The notes under the pieces are model-generated. The model was given only the letters and a program-made list of their open reading frames with translations. It ran no database searches and was not told the origin of the DNA. 64,000 nt of DNA. Origin: Alphaproteobacteria bacterium. Lineage in GTDB: Bacteria > Pseudomonadota > Alphaproteobacteria > UBA2966. Both the position numbers and the translations under genes were made by a program. This document shows positions 26,237 to 35,745 of the stretch, piece by piece; positions within the stretch are counted from its first letter, which is position 1, and each line of letters opens with the position of its first letter. The stretch lies in the NCBI GenBank assembly GCA_018654745.1, contig JABILA010000085.1, forward strand, positions 74,191 to 138,190, given 5' to 3'.

Positions 26237-27508
26237 ATGGCCAAAGACAAGAAGAAGACTAGTAGCAAAGTATCGCGTCGCCAGTTTGTTGGCGGTGCCG
26301 CAGGCGCAGTCGCCGCAAGCTCGGTAGTCGGATTTCCGGCAATCGTCTCGGCAGCCGACCCTATTCGCGCCATTGGTCTGGGCGTGAGTATCATCAATGA
26401 AATTCAAAGCCGTGCCGCCAAGGATATTGGCTTTGGTATTCGGGGCCAGGCGCTTGGTTATGGTGCCCTGTTCGGCAAGACTTTGAACCAGAACGACCAG
26501 TATGAAGTGTCGGAATGCTATTTCGACATGTTCGACGCAATGGTGCCGTCCAAGGTATTCCAGCCCATTGATACCAAGCGTATCCGTGACTGGGACAAGG
26601 TCTCGAACCTTGTTAAAACCGGCAAGCTGACACCAGGTTCGCAAATCGGTCAGGGCGATGCACCTGTTACCAAGTTGTGGGTCGACAAGGACGGTAATCC
26701 AACCGATGGTCCGTCGCAATATATCTCGGCTGTTCCAGCTGCGCATAATGCGGACTCGCTGGGCTATAACCCGGACGACACCGGCCGCGCGATTGAAAGC
26801 TGGGCCGAACTCTACAGCCCGGATTTCAAAGGCAAGGTTGCGCTTATCAATGTGCCTCAGGTTGGTGTGATGGATGCTGCCATGGGCATGGAAGCGTTGG
26901 GTCTGGCGAAATTCGGCGACAAGGGTGACATGACCCGCGCTGAAATCGACACCTTGATCGAGTTCCTGATCGTCAAGAAAAAGGAAGGCCACTTCCGCGC
27001 TTTCTGGGAAACCTTCGGCCAGTCCGTGAACCTGATGGTATCCGGTGAAGTCGCCCTGCAAAGCATGTGGTCACCGGCGGTGACGGCTGTAAATGCTGAA
27101 GGTGTTAAGTGCGTCTATGCTTCACCAAAAGAAGGCATGCGTGGCTGGCATGGTGCATTGGCAATTTCCGCCAAGGCATCCGGCAAAAAGCTTGATCAGG
27201 CTTATGAATATATCAACTGGTGGCTGGATGGCTGGGCCGGTGCCTTTGTGGCGCGTCAGGGCTACTATTTCTCGACGCCGGCAAATACCAAAAAGCACCT
27301 GCCAAAAGCAGACTGGGATTTCTGGTATGAAGGCAAGCCTGCTGCCATGGAACTCAATGATCCGTTTGGCTCTCCATTGGTCGAAAAAGGCGCTGTCCGT
27401 GACGGTGGCTCCTATGAACAGCGCTTCAAGAACATCGCTGTCTGGAACTCGATCATGAAAGAAAATGATTATCTGGTGAAACGCTGGACCGAGTTTCTCG
27501 GCTCCTGA
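26237..27508 (+). CDS. ABC transporter periplasmic substrate-binding protein (PotD/PotF-like family) with a Tat signal
   Basis: GGGAGA RBS. Twin-arginine motif SRRQFVGGAAGA, followed by an SBP family-1 fold. Confidence 0.75.
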   Translation: MAKDKKKTSSKVSRRQFVGGAAGAVAASSVVGFPAIVSAADPIRAIGLGVSIINEIQSRAAKDIGFGIRGQALGYGALFGKTLNQNDQYEVSECYFDMFDAMVPSKVFQPIDTKRIRDWDKVSNLVKTGKLTPGSQIGQGDAPVTKLWVDKDGNPTDGPSQYISAVPAAHNADSLGYNPDDTGRAIESWAELYSPDFKGKVALINVPQVGVMDAAMGMEALGLAKFGDKGDMTRAEIDTLIEFLIVKKKEGHFRAFWETFGQSVNLMVSGEVALQSMWSPAVTAVNAEGVKCVYASPKEGMRGWHGALAISAKASGKKLDQAYEYINWWLDGWAGAFVARQGYYFSTPANTKKHLPKADWDFWYEGKPAAMELNDPFGSPLVEKGAVRDGGSYEQRFKNIAVWNSIMKENDYLVKRWTEFLGS

Positions 27509-27664
27509 TAACCGACGTTCCCAAAGCGGAGCGCAGTTGCGACAAGACTGGAGCCGGTGTGGCCTTTGCCGCACCGGCCCCTTTTTCGTCAGGACTGAAT
27601 TATTACGATCAATGTAGAGCGAAGCGGTCTGGACAGGACCCTGGGGAAGCACGAAAATACGGAC

Positions 27665-28645
27665 ATGACTGAGGCAGGCCAAACACATCACCCGGGGCTG
27701 ATCGGCGAACAACCTGTGCCCGACGAAAGTGCCGTGCGGGAAAAAATTATCCGGCCCGTGGAAGGTTTTGCGACGGGCTGGTTGATCGCACCGGCCGCGA
27801 TTTGGTTGTTTCTGATTTTGATCGTGCCCCTGGCCGCCATTATTGTTTTCAGCTTTTTCGAATCAACAGCCCATGGCATGGTCTTCGATCTGACGGTCCA
27901 TTCCTATGCGGAATTTTTCCTCACGGAAGGGTTTTTTGACTCTGAGTCAAATAGTTTCCTGAAGATCAGTGTTTTTATCAAGACGCTGGGATCAACCATA
28001 TATTTCACGTTGTTGACGATGCTGTTTTGTCTGATCGTCGGCTACCCCATTGCCTATTTCCTGGCCATGCAAGTTCAGGAATTCAAATGGCAACTGGCTC
28101 TGTTCCTGCTGTGCATGGTGCCTTTCTGGACAAGTTATCTGATCCGCGCTGTCGCCTGGCTGCCCATGCTGGGGCGTCGGGGCCTGATCAACCAGGCCTT
28201 GCTGGGTATGGGGATTGTCGACAAACCCGTCAGCTTTTTGTTCTATTCCGAATTTGGCTACATGTTGGCCCTTGTACAAATTTATGTGGTGCTGGGCATT
28301 GGTCCGATTTTCTTCTCGCTGGCCAAAATCGACAAGGCCATCCTGGAAGCCGCCATCGACATGGGGGCAACGCCGTTCCAGATATTCCGCGAGATCATCG
28401 GCCCCATGTCCTTGCCCGGTGTGGCTATTGGCATGATCTTCATTTTTGTGATGATCATGGGCGAGTTTGCCACTGCCGTTGTGGTTTATGGCGGCAAGAC
28501 CAGTACCACCGGCACGGTCATCCTGAATTACTACGGCATCGCAAACTATCCCTTTGCGGCGGTAAATGCCTTGATGCTTATGGTGGCGATGATCATCGGG
28601 ATCGTCATCATCCTGCGCGTCGTCGATATCCGGAAGGAACTGTAA
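27665..28645 (+). CDS. ABC transporter permease (PotB-like)
   Basis: 6-TM BPD transporter permease with the EAA loop (LEAAIDMGATPFQIFREI). Confidence 0.8.
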   Translation: MTEAGQTHHPGLIGEQPVPDESAVREKIIRPVEGFATGWLIAPAAIWLFLILIVPLAAIIVFSFFESTAHGMVFDLTVHSYAEFFLTEGFFDSESNSFLKISVFIKTLGSTIYFTLLTMLFCLIVGYPIAYFLAMQVQEFKWQLALFLLCMVPFWTSYLIRAVAWLPMLGRRGLINQALLGMGIVDKPVSFLFYSEFGYMLALVQIYVVLGIGPIFFSLAKIDKAILEAAIDMGATPFQIFREIIGPMSLPGVAIGMIFIFVMIMGEFATAVVVYGGKTSTTGTVILNYYGIANYPFAAVNALMLMVAMIIGIVIILRVVDIRKEL

Positions 28646-28646
28646 A

Positions 28647-29474
28647 TTGGCTCGCTGGACACCAGAACGAAAACGAAAGCTGCGGGTCAAATCCGGCTTT
28701 AGTTTATATTACATCGTCTTCCTGATTTTCATTTATGGTCCCATGATCGCCATGTTCATCCTGTCGTTTCAGGGACGTCGCGGTGGCACCAGTTTTCCCA
28801 TGCGCGGCTGGAGCCTTCATTGGTGGAAAAAACTGTTTGAACCGTCCCTGGTCGGTGACATGCAAGGCGCCATGGGCCGGTCGATCATCCTGGCGATTAT
28901 GGTGATGATCGTCATCGCCCTGTTTTCGACCATGCTGGCCATGGCCTTTCGCAAGAAGTTCCGCTTTTCCAATGTGCTTTTTTACACCATCCTGGCAGGC
29001 CTGATGGTGCCGGGCGTCTTGCTCAGCCTTGGTCTGGCGATGGTCTTACGCCAGTTAGGCATTTCACCGAGTTGGTACACATCCGCCTTTGCCGTGCACG
29101 TGGTCTGGGCCCTGCCCTTCGGGTTCCTCGTGATGATGGCGGTGTTTAACCGCTTTGATTCCAGTCTAGAGGAGGCGGCCCGCGATATGGGGGCCAGTGA
29201 ATGGGTCGTGTTCAAGGAGGTGACCCTGCCCCTGATCACGCCGGGCATTGTCGCCGCCGGTTTGTTCGGCTTCACTTTGTCCTACGATGAATTTGCCCGA
29301 ACGACCTTGCTGTCCGGCGAGTTCAATACCTTGCCGCTGGATATTAACGCCTCGATGACCCAGCGCATCCGACCGACCCTGTTTGCGCTTGGCACGGTGT
29401 CGACCCTGTTCTCACTGGTCATGATCGGATTGTTCCTGGGGATTTACACGATCCTGTACCGAAGATCGCATTAA
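28647..29474 (+). CDS. ABC transporter permease (PotC-like)
   Basis: TTG start 2 nt after the upstream stop, with a GGAAGGA RBS. EAA loop (LEEAARDMGASEWVVFKEV). Confidence 0.8.
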   Translation: MARWTPERKRKLRVKSGFSLYYIVFLIFIYGPMIAMFILSFQGRRGGTSFPMRGWSLHWWKKLFEPSLVGDMQGAMGRSIILAIMVMIVIALFSTMLAMAFRKKFRFSNVLFYTILAGLMVPGVLLSLGLAMVLRQLGISPSWYTSAFAVHVVWALPFGFLVMMAVFNRFDSSLEEAARDMGASEWVVFKEVTLPLITPGIVAAGLFGFTLSYDEFARTTLLSGEFNTLPLDINASMTQRIRPTLFALGTVSTLFSLVMIGLFLGIYTILYRRSH

Positions 29475-29480
29475 GACGTT

Positions 29481-30581
29481 TCAGCGGTTCGCCGTCACGA
29501 CGTCCAGCAAAATTCCGGCTTCGGCGCCCCAGCTGATGGTTTCGCGGTCGCCGTAGTTACGTATGGAATCAGATAGTTTCCGGTGTTGCTCCACCTTGAC
29601 ATAATGTTGCGGCGCAATCTCAAAAACATCGGTTTCCAGGGTGCCGAGATATTCCGTGTTGACATAGGCACCTTCAATTGAATTCGCCATGTCGCCATTT
29701 TCGCCCGTATGCATCAGGTCAGCCCGGACAGAAAAAGTGACTTCCTGGCCGACGGCGACGTCCGCGATATAGTCTGGCTTTCGCACGTAATAGAGTTTTT
29801 CACCGGATTCAACGAAAACGATGGAACCGCTGCGCGACTTGATCACACCGTCAAAGAGATTGTTCGTGCCGATGAAGTCAGCAACAAAGCGGGTGCGTGG
29901 CGATTCGGCGATTTCCCGGGAGGTGCCGATTTGTTGCACCAGACTGTCACTCATAACGATGACCTTGTCGGCCATGGCCATGGCTTCCGCCTGTGAGTGC
30001 GTGACCATGATAAAGGTCATCTCAAGATCACGCTGAATGCGCTTTAACTCAATCATCATGGTCTGGCGCAGCGAATAGTCCAGCGCGCCCAATGGTTCAT
30101 CCAGCAATAGCAAAGTCGGGTTGGAAATCAGGGCACGGGCGAGGGCAACACGTTGTTGCTGGCCACCGGATAAATCTGCCGGACGCCGCATGGCAAAATC
30201 ACTCAGGCCCACCATTTCAATCATCTGCCAGGCTTCGCGCGAACGTTTGTCGGGCTCGATACCCTGCATTTTCAGACTGAATTCAACGTTCTGCAAAACA
30301 TTGCGGTGGGGAAACAGCGCGAAGCTCTGGAACATCATCGCTGTGTCGCGCTGCGACGGAGGCAGGTCTGTGACGTCCTCCCCCTGTATCTCGATAGATC
30401 CGGAGGTGACTTCCTCGAGACCGCCGATCATGCGCAGGGTCGTGGTCTTGCCACAGCCCGACGGCCCCAGCATGGCAACAAACTCACCCCGTTCAATCTC
30501 GGCGTTGAAGTCAATTACCGCACGTACACCGCCGGGGTAAGTCTTGTCGACGTTCCGGAGAACGACGTCAATTTCAGCCAT
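29481..30581 (-). CDS. ABC transporter ATP-binding protein (PotA-like, with C-terminal TOBE domain)
   Basis: Walker A GPSGCGKTT, signature LSGGQQQRVALARAL and Walker B LLLDEPLGALD. It is on the opposite strand to its permeases and co-directional with the flotillin gene 12 nt upstream. Confidence 0.85.
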   Translation of the reverse strand: MAEIDVVLRNVDKTYPGGVRAVIDFNAEIERGEFVAMLGPSGCGKTTTLRMIGGLEEVTSGSIEIQGEDVTDLPPSQRDTAMMFQSFALFPHRNVLQNVEFSLKMQGIEPDKRSREAWQMIEMVGLSDFAMRRPADLSGGQQQRVALARALISNPTLLLLDEPLGALDYSLRQTMMIELKRIQRDLEMTFIMVTHSQAEAMAMADKVIVMSDSLVQQIGTSREIAESPRTRFVADFIGTNNLFDGVIKSRSGSIVFVESGEKLYYVRKPDYIADVAVGQEVTFSVRADLMHTGENGDMANSIEGAYVNTEYLGTLETDVFEIAPQHYVKVEQHRKLSDSIRNYGDRETISWGAEAGILLDVVTANR

Positions 30582-30593
30582 ATACCTTACCCG

Positions 30594-33407
30594 TTAATCA
30601 GCTGCCTTCGCAGTCGCCTGGAGGAGCGACCAGACCGTCTCAAATGGCAGGTCATTAAACGCACCACCTTCATTGGCATTTTTCAGCAAGCCAAGCGCCT
30701 GCGTCTGAGCCTCATTATTTCCGGCCTTGTTCTCCAGGACCTTGAGAGCATCGGAGAAGGGAATCTCGCGCTTCTTTTTGGTGCCAAAATTATCACGCAC
30801 CAGATCAGACAGTTGTTCCGCCATCTCGCGGAATTCACCGCCACGACCAGGCTTGCCCCAAATGCCGCGAATGCCGTTGCTGGCAAAGCGCTGTTTCAGG
30901 CCTTCTGGCAGGGATTGGGCGACACCTTCCAGAACTTCACCAAGGGAGAAGCCTGAGGTGAACATGTCGCGGATGGTGTCAACGGTTCCGTCACCGCCGC
31001 CATACATCCGGATCTGGGCCTGGCTTAGGGCGTTACCCATGGCTTTGGCCTGATCAATATGCACATCACGTTCTGCTTCGATTTGCAGTTTGGAGAGTTC
31101 AAGGAAAGCGGCAGCGTCATTATATTTCTTGAGCGCTTCGGCCTTGGCTTCCATGCCATTTGCCTCGGCTTCCAACATACGCTGGGTATTGTTGACGCGT
31201 AGTTCCTCGATCTCGGCTTCGGCCCGACCGCGTGCCGCGGCTTCCTGGGTAATGCCATCGGCCGAGATGACCTGGGCTTCGCTGTTGGCCTTGGCCCGGA
31301 TCAGCGTTGCATCAGATTCTTCGGACGCTGACTTTTTACGGGCAGAGGCCTGACTGATCATATGCATGGAATTCACCGCTGCATCAGCTTCCTCGGCAAT
31401 GGTTTTGGTTTCCGCGGCCTGTTCAGCAGAAATCCGTTCCACTTCTTTCGACTGTTCGGCATCCGCAACCACACGGGCAGTCTCAACACCTTTTTCTGCT
31501 TTGGCTTTTTCAGCTGTGGTCTTCAGACGTTTGACTTCAGCATCTTCCAGTTCACGGGTCTTGTTAACGAGGACGATTTCACGATCACGCTCTTCCTTTT
31601 CACGGGCGAGGAAGCGCAGTATGTCAGCTTTTTCGCGTTCCTGCTCCTTGGCGATGATCTTGATTTCATCTTCCTTGGTTGCCAAGGCCTGGGCCGTGCG
31701 TGATACGCGGGCCGCTGCGTAATATTCGCCTTCCTTGTTGACCAGGGCGATTTCGCGATCCTTTTCCTCGGCTTCACGAGCCAGCTGGCGGCGAATTTCA
31801 GCGCGCTCCAGTTCTTCGGCTTTGCCAACAAGGGCAATATCACGATCCCGCTCTTCAGCTTCACGAGCCAATGAACGACGGATTTCGGCGGCTTCGCGGG
31901 CCTTGCTTTCGTCGATGACAGTTGCGTCGCGCTTTATCCGGGCCTGTTCGATGGTCAGCTCAGTGGCGATTTCTTCCTGCTCTACCTCCAGACGGCGTTC
32001 AAGAATAATGCGCTGCTTCTCGCTCAGGACACGCGCCTTCTCTTCGGCGATCTGCTTTTCCTGTTCGGCAACAGCGAGGGCTTCGTCCTTGTCAATATTC
32101 AGCACATTCAGCTTCGTATCCAGGGCCCGTTTGCGCATGGTCAAAGATGTGGCTTCCGTCACTTTGTGACGGGCATCCCGCGCAGCTTCTTCGGCTTTCA
32201 TGACCTCAGTTGTCTGGGCGATGTCTGCTTCCTGGCGTTCACGCTCCTTGGCAGATAACTGGATTGCCCTGTCTTTTTCAGCCGCTTCACGAGCCAGCGA
32301 GCGATCAATTTCGGCCAACTCATTTTGTTTGGCCTTTTCGACCAGGGCGATCTGGCGATCTTTTTCTGCCTGTTCCAGCGCCAGGTTACGCTCGATATTC
32401 GAGAGCTCTTCTTCCTTGGCTTTGCCGATCAGGGCGATTTCCTTGTCGCGGCGTTCTTTCTCCAGAGTCAAAGTGCGGTCAATTTCCGACAGCTCACGTT
32501 TCTTGGCTTCTTCGGTAATCGCGACTTCACGGTCTGTGCGCTGACGCTCCAGTTCAACTTCGTTGGAGATTTCGCGTTCTTCGACAGCCTTGCGCTGGTC
32601 CAGCATATAGACTTGCTTCTGACCCAGTTGCAGTGCCTGTTCGTTGGAAATGTCCTTGTCCTGACTGGCGTTCGCGAAGGCTTCTTTTCTTTCGATCTCC
32701 AGCAGTTCCAGCTGTGTATCGAGATCCTTCTGGCGAATGGCAACAGTTGTGCGCTTTTCGGTTTCGTGCACCTTGCGCTTGGCGTTGGAGGTAATCTCGG
32801 TGATGATCTTCAAACCTTCAGCATCAAAGATGTTGTTGGAATTGAAGTATTCCTTACCGGCCTGTTCCAGGGTCACAATGGTAACTTCTTCCAACAGCAA
32901 ACCGTTGACCTGGAAACTCGCAATAACGTTTTCCTTGACGGCCTGGGCAAACTCTTCGCGGTTCTCATGCAATTCGCTCAGGGTCTTGGTCGCGGCATAA
33001 CTGCGCAGGGCACTTACAACCTTGGCTTCCAGCAAGTTGCGAACTTTTTCAGCATCGAAGGTTTTGTCACCCAGACTGCGACTGGCGGTCAGCAGGTCAT
33101 CTTCCGTGCGCCCGACATGGGCATACAGTTCTGTGACAATATCAATCCTGATTTTGTCCGACGTCAAAACGGCCTGCTCGCGTGAGCGGCTGACGATCAG
33201 CTTGATGGTTTCCAGGGAAATCCACGATACCTCGTGGAAAACAGGCAGGACTATCGCACCACGCCCCAGGCACACCTTGGTGCCCAGAAAACCGGTTCGG
33301 ATAAAGCCCATGTTGGCTGGCGCTCTTTTGTACACCCAGATCGAGATGACATAAAGAATGGCCAGGACAACAATTGCCGAGAAGAAAGTTCCAATCCAAA
33401 GTTCCAT
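30594..33407 (-). CDS. Flotillin-like SPFH/Band-7 protein (YqiK family) with a greatly expanded coiled-coil repeat region (937 aa)
   Basis: N-terminal TM helix plus an SPFH domain (GFIRTGFLGTKVCLGRGAIVLPVFHEV...). It has at least six 29-31-aa repeats of consensus AEI-R-LAREAEEKDR-IALV-KA-E, and a YqiK-like C-terminus. Confidence 0.75.
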   Translation of the reverse strand: MELWIGTFFSAIVVLAILYVISIWVYKRAPANMGFIRTGFLGTKVCLGRGAIVLPVFHEVSWISLETIKLIVSRSREQAVLTSDKIRIDIVTELYAHVGRTEDDLLTASRSLGDKTFDAEKVRNLLEAKVVSALRSYAATKTLSELHENREEFAQAVKENVIASFQVNGLLLEEVTIVTLEQAGKEYFNSNNIFDAEGLKIITEITSNAKRKVHETEKRTTVAIRQKDLDTQLELLEIERKEAFANASQDKDISNEQALQLGQKQVYMLDQRKAVEEREISNEVELERQRTDREVAITEEAKKRELSEIDRTLTLEKERRDKEIALIGKAKEEELSNIERNLALEQAEKDRQIALVEKAKQNELAEIDRSLAREAAEKDRAIQLSAKERERQEADIAQTTEVMKAEEAARDARHKVTEATSLTMRKRALDTKLNVLNIDKDEALAVAEQEKQIAEEKARVLSEKQRIILERRLEVEQEEIATELTIEQARIKRDATVIDESKAREAAEIRRSLAREAEERDRDIALVGKAEELERAEIRRQLAREAEEKDREIALVNKEGEYYAAARVSRTAQALATKEDEIKIIAKEQEREKADILRFLAREKEERDREIVLVNKTRELEDAEVKRLKTTAEKAKAEKGVETARVVADAEQSKEVERISAEQAAETKTIAEEADAAVNSMHMISQASARKKSASEESDATLIRAKANSEAQVISADGITQEAAARGRAEAEIEELRVNNTQRMLEAEANGMEAKAEALKKYNDAAAFLELSKLQIEAERDVHIDQAKAMGNALSQAQIRMYGGGDGTVDTIRDMFTSGFSLGEVLEGVAQSLPEGLKQRFASNGIRGIWGKPGRGGEFREMAEQLSDLVRDNFGTKKKREIPFSDALKVLENKAGNNEAQTQALGLLKNANEGGAFNDLPFETVWSLLQATAKAAD
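31538..32498 (-). repeat. In-frame tandem repeat region, about 90-nt period, encoding the flotillin coiled-coil repeats
   Basis: Protein residues about 304-624 show repeated ELSEIDRTL / LAREAAEKDR / IALVxKA blocks. The corresponding DNA shows repeated gcgatttc...cttgtcgcg-type segments. Confidence 0.5.
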
Positions 33408-33469
33408 AATCGTCCCTACACTTGCTTTTTAGATTTGAGTTTCGGAAACATAACCAAGCGAGCTTTCAC

Positions 33470-35743
33470 TCATGATACACCTGTTTTTCGCTCACCGAAA
33501 TCGAACAATTCCAGTGCTTTTCGACCGTGTTTCAAAGCCTCGCGTAAATCTGTTGTGGCTCTGAGATCAAGTTCATGCCGTCGCCCACCAATGACAACGC
33601 CATAGGCTTCGCGGGCTTTGTCCAGGGTCGTCAACTTGCGGGCGACATCATTTCTGACACGCTGTGGATCACGCTCAAGCGGATCACCCCAGCCTCCACC
33701 GCCAGCCGTTCGAAAGACAATTCTATCGCCTTCTTCGACCCGCACGTTATCAATTTTTGAGGGCAAGGGTTCGGGTTCAGCGTTGCCACGAATAATCCAT
33801 TTTGCCGAGCAAGCACCGGGTTGTCCGCCAAGAATACCCCAGGGCTGTGATTCATGACGATCGTCATGAATAGAGACGTCGCCCGGTTCCAGCAATCGAT
33901 AGACTTTTTCTATACCATTGCCGCCGCGATGTTTACCGGCACCACCGGTATCCGCAACGGAGCCATAACGCTCGATGACCATGGGATAGAAATTTTCGAG
34001 ATATTCCGTGGGAATGTTTTCAAACAAAGGCCACCAGGAATGGCCGTCCATGCCGTCACCGACCGGACGTCCCGGAATACCACCATAGAGAATTTCCATG
34101 AGCTGGAACGGTCGTTTATGACTGTCCGTGCCGGAAAACAGGAAATGTGGACTGGAGCCATAACCCGCAGCCGTTGCCATCTCGGGTGCGTGACGACTGA
34201 GGGCACCGCCCATAACATCAAACTGGCGCGACAGGGCATGGGTGCGACAACCCAGCGCTGCCGGGAATTCAGGATTAACCAGCGACCCCTTGGGCAGGGT
34301 CACATGAATCAGATCATAAAAGCCGTCATTAAACAAAATCTGCGGATCAAAAACCATGATCATGTAGACGCCAATGAACATCTTGAACATGCCGTCATGC
34401 AGATAGAAATTAATCGGACCCGGTGCCTGGGCCGACGTTCCGGTCCAGTCAAAATAAGCGTGATCCCCTTCGCGCCAGACCGTCAGCTTCATTTTGAAGG
34501 GACCGTTACCGCAACCATCGTCATCCACAAAGTCTTCGAAATATTGGGGCTCTTCCGGCAGGTTTTGTACGATCAACTTGCGCATGGCCCGGTTGGTGCG
34601 TTCCAGCAAGGCTTCGCAGGCCTGCTTATAGGTCCCGGTGCCAAAGCGATCACAGATTTCGATCACCCGACGTTCACCGGCACGACACCCGGCAACAATG
34701 GCCATCAGGTCACTGTAATTCATTTCCGGGGTGCGGGTGTTGTTCATCAGGATATCAAGGGCGGCTTCGTTCAGGACCCCGGCGTCATAAATCTTGATCG
34801 GCGGGATGCGCATACCTTCGCCAAAGATCGAGGTCGCTGCCGTCGGCATGCTGCCCGGCACGGGGCCACCAACATCCATCATGTGGCCAAACATCGACGC
34901 AAAACCAACCAGTTCCGGATTTGATTTCGCGCCCACAAAGACCGGGATCAAAACCATCCAGTCATTGATATGGCTGATGGCACCGCCGCACTTATAGGGA
35001 TCACTTTGCAGGATCACGTCACCTGGTTTGAGATCAAAATCCTGCTGCTTCAGCATCTCGGAAATATAAGAGCCGAACTGGCCGACGATCATGCGCCCGT
35101 CGGCATCTGTGATCATGGGAAATTCGTCATGCTGTTCACGGATTACCGGCGACATGGCCGACCGGAACAACAAGGCATCCATTTCGTGGCGCGCATTGCG
35201 CAAGGCATTTTCGATCAGGTCCAGGGTCACAACGTCCAGAGGACCTGCAACTGCCACTGCACCTTTGCCAGCACGGGCAGCAGGTGATTTGGGTGACTGA
35301 TCCTCTTCCACCGACGGGGCCGGCGCACGTCCGGTGAACTGATCCGCACATCGTAGGGCTGCTTCGGTCGCAGCCTGCTCAAAAGCCAGTGCCCAGTTGC
35401 CGTCCAGCGAGGCTGAGCCCTGATCTGCCTTGGATTGCCCCTCTACCGTCAACTTGATGCGGACAATCGCTTTATCATTGTCGGATTTGACATCAATGAT
35501 GTCGTGCGACCAGTCAAAATCAAATCGCCTGTTCAAGGCGACGACCGCTGCCGTGGCCAGTTTCAGATTGCCTGGCACCTGATTGTCTGATTGTGACCCG
35601 GCCTGACTGGCCGGTCGGGCGCTGGGGCTGAGCAAACTGGCATCGTCCATCTGGCGACTGAACAGCTGGTCAAACTGGTCCTTGTTGGCGGTCAACAAGT
35701 CGTCCAGCGAAATGGGAGTGCGCGTGCGGGTTTCTTCAGACAT
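33470..35743 (-). CDS. hyuB: Hydantoinase B/oxoprolinase family protein, copy 2, with an N-terminal extension of about 170 aa (helix, linker, small beta-rich module, P/A-rich linker)
   Basis: The HyuB core begins at about aa 170 (VVTLDLIENALRNAR). The ATG lies 2 nt after the hyuA-2 stop. The extension opens with ISLDDLLTANKDQFDQLFSR. Confidence 0.8.
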   Translation of the reverse strand: MSEETRTRTPISLDDLLTANKDQFDQLFSRQMDDASLLSPSARPASQAGSQSDNQVPGNLKLATAAVVALNRRFDFDWSHDIIDVKSDNDKAIVRIKLTVEGQSKADQGSASLDGNWALAFEQAATEAALRCADQFTGRAPAPSVEEDQSPKSPAARAGKGAVAVAGPLDVVTLDLIENALRNARHEMDALLFRSAMSPVIREQHDEFPMITDADGRMIVGQFGSYISEMLKQQDFDLKPGDVILQSDPYKCGGAISHINDWMVLIPVFVGAKSNPELVGFASMFGHMMDVGGPVPGSMPTAATSIFGEGMRIPPIKIYDAGVLNEAALDILMNNTRTPEMNYSDLMAIVAGCRAGERRVIEICDRFGTGTYKQACEALLERTNRAMRKLIVQNLPEEPQYFEDFVDDDGCGNGPFKMKLTVWREGDHAYFDWTGTSAQAPGPINFYLHDGMFKMFIGVYMIMVFDPQILFNDGFYDLIHVTLPKGSLVNPEFPAALGCRTHALSRQFDVMGGALSRHAPEMATAAGYGSSPHFLFSGTDSHKRPFQLMEILYGGIPGRPVGDGMDGHSWWPLFENIPTEYLENFYPMVIERYGSVADTGGAGKHRGGNGIEKVYRLLEPGDVSIHDDRHESQPWGILGGQPGACSAKWIIRGNAEPEPLPSKIDNVRVEEGDRIVFRTAGGGGWGDPLERDPQRVRNDVARKLTTLDKAREAYGVVIGGRRHELDLRATTDLREALKHGRKALELFDFGERKTGVS

Positions 35744-35745
35744 AT

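Noticed and set aside
24608-27061. 817-aa minus-strand ORF
   Set aside because: Only the C-terminal 483 aa, from GTG 26059 with a GGGGAGG RBS and starting MSVLIKNGRIV, form the D-hydantoinase. The upstream 330 aa are antisense read-through over the SBP gene and promoter, with no homology pattern.
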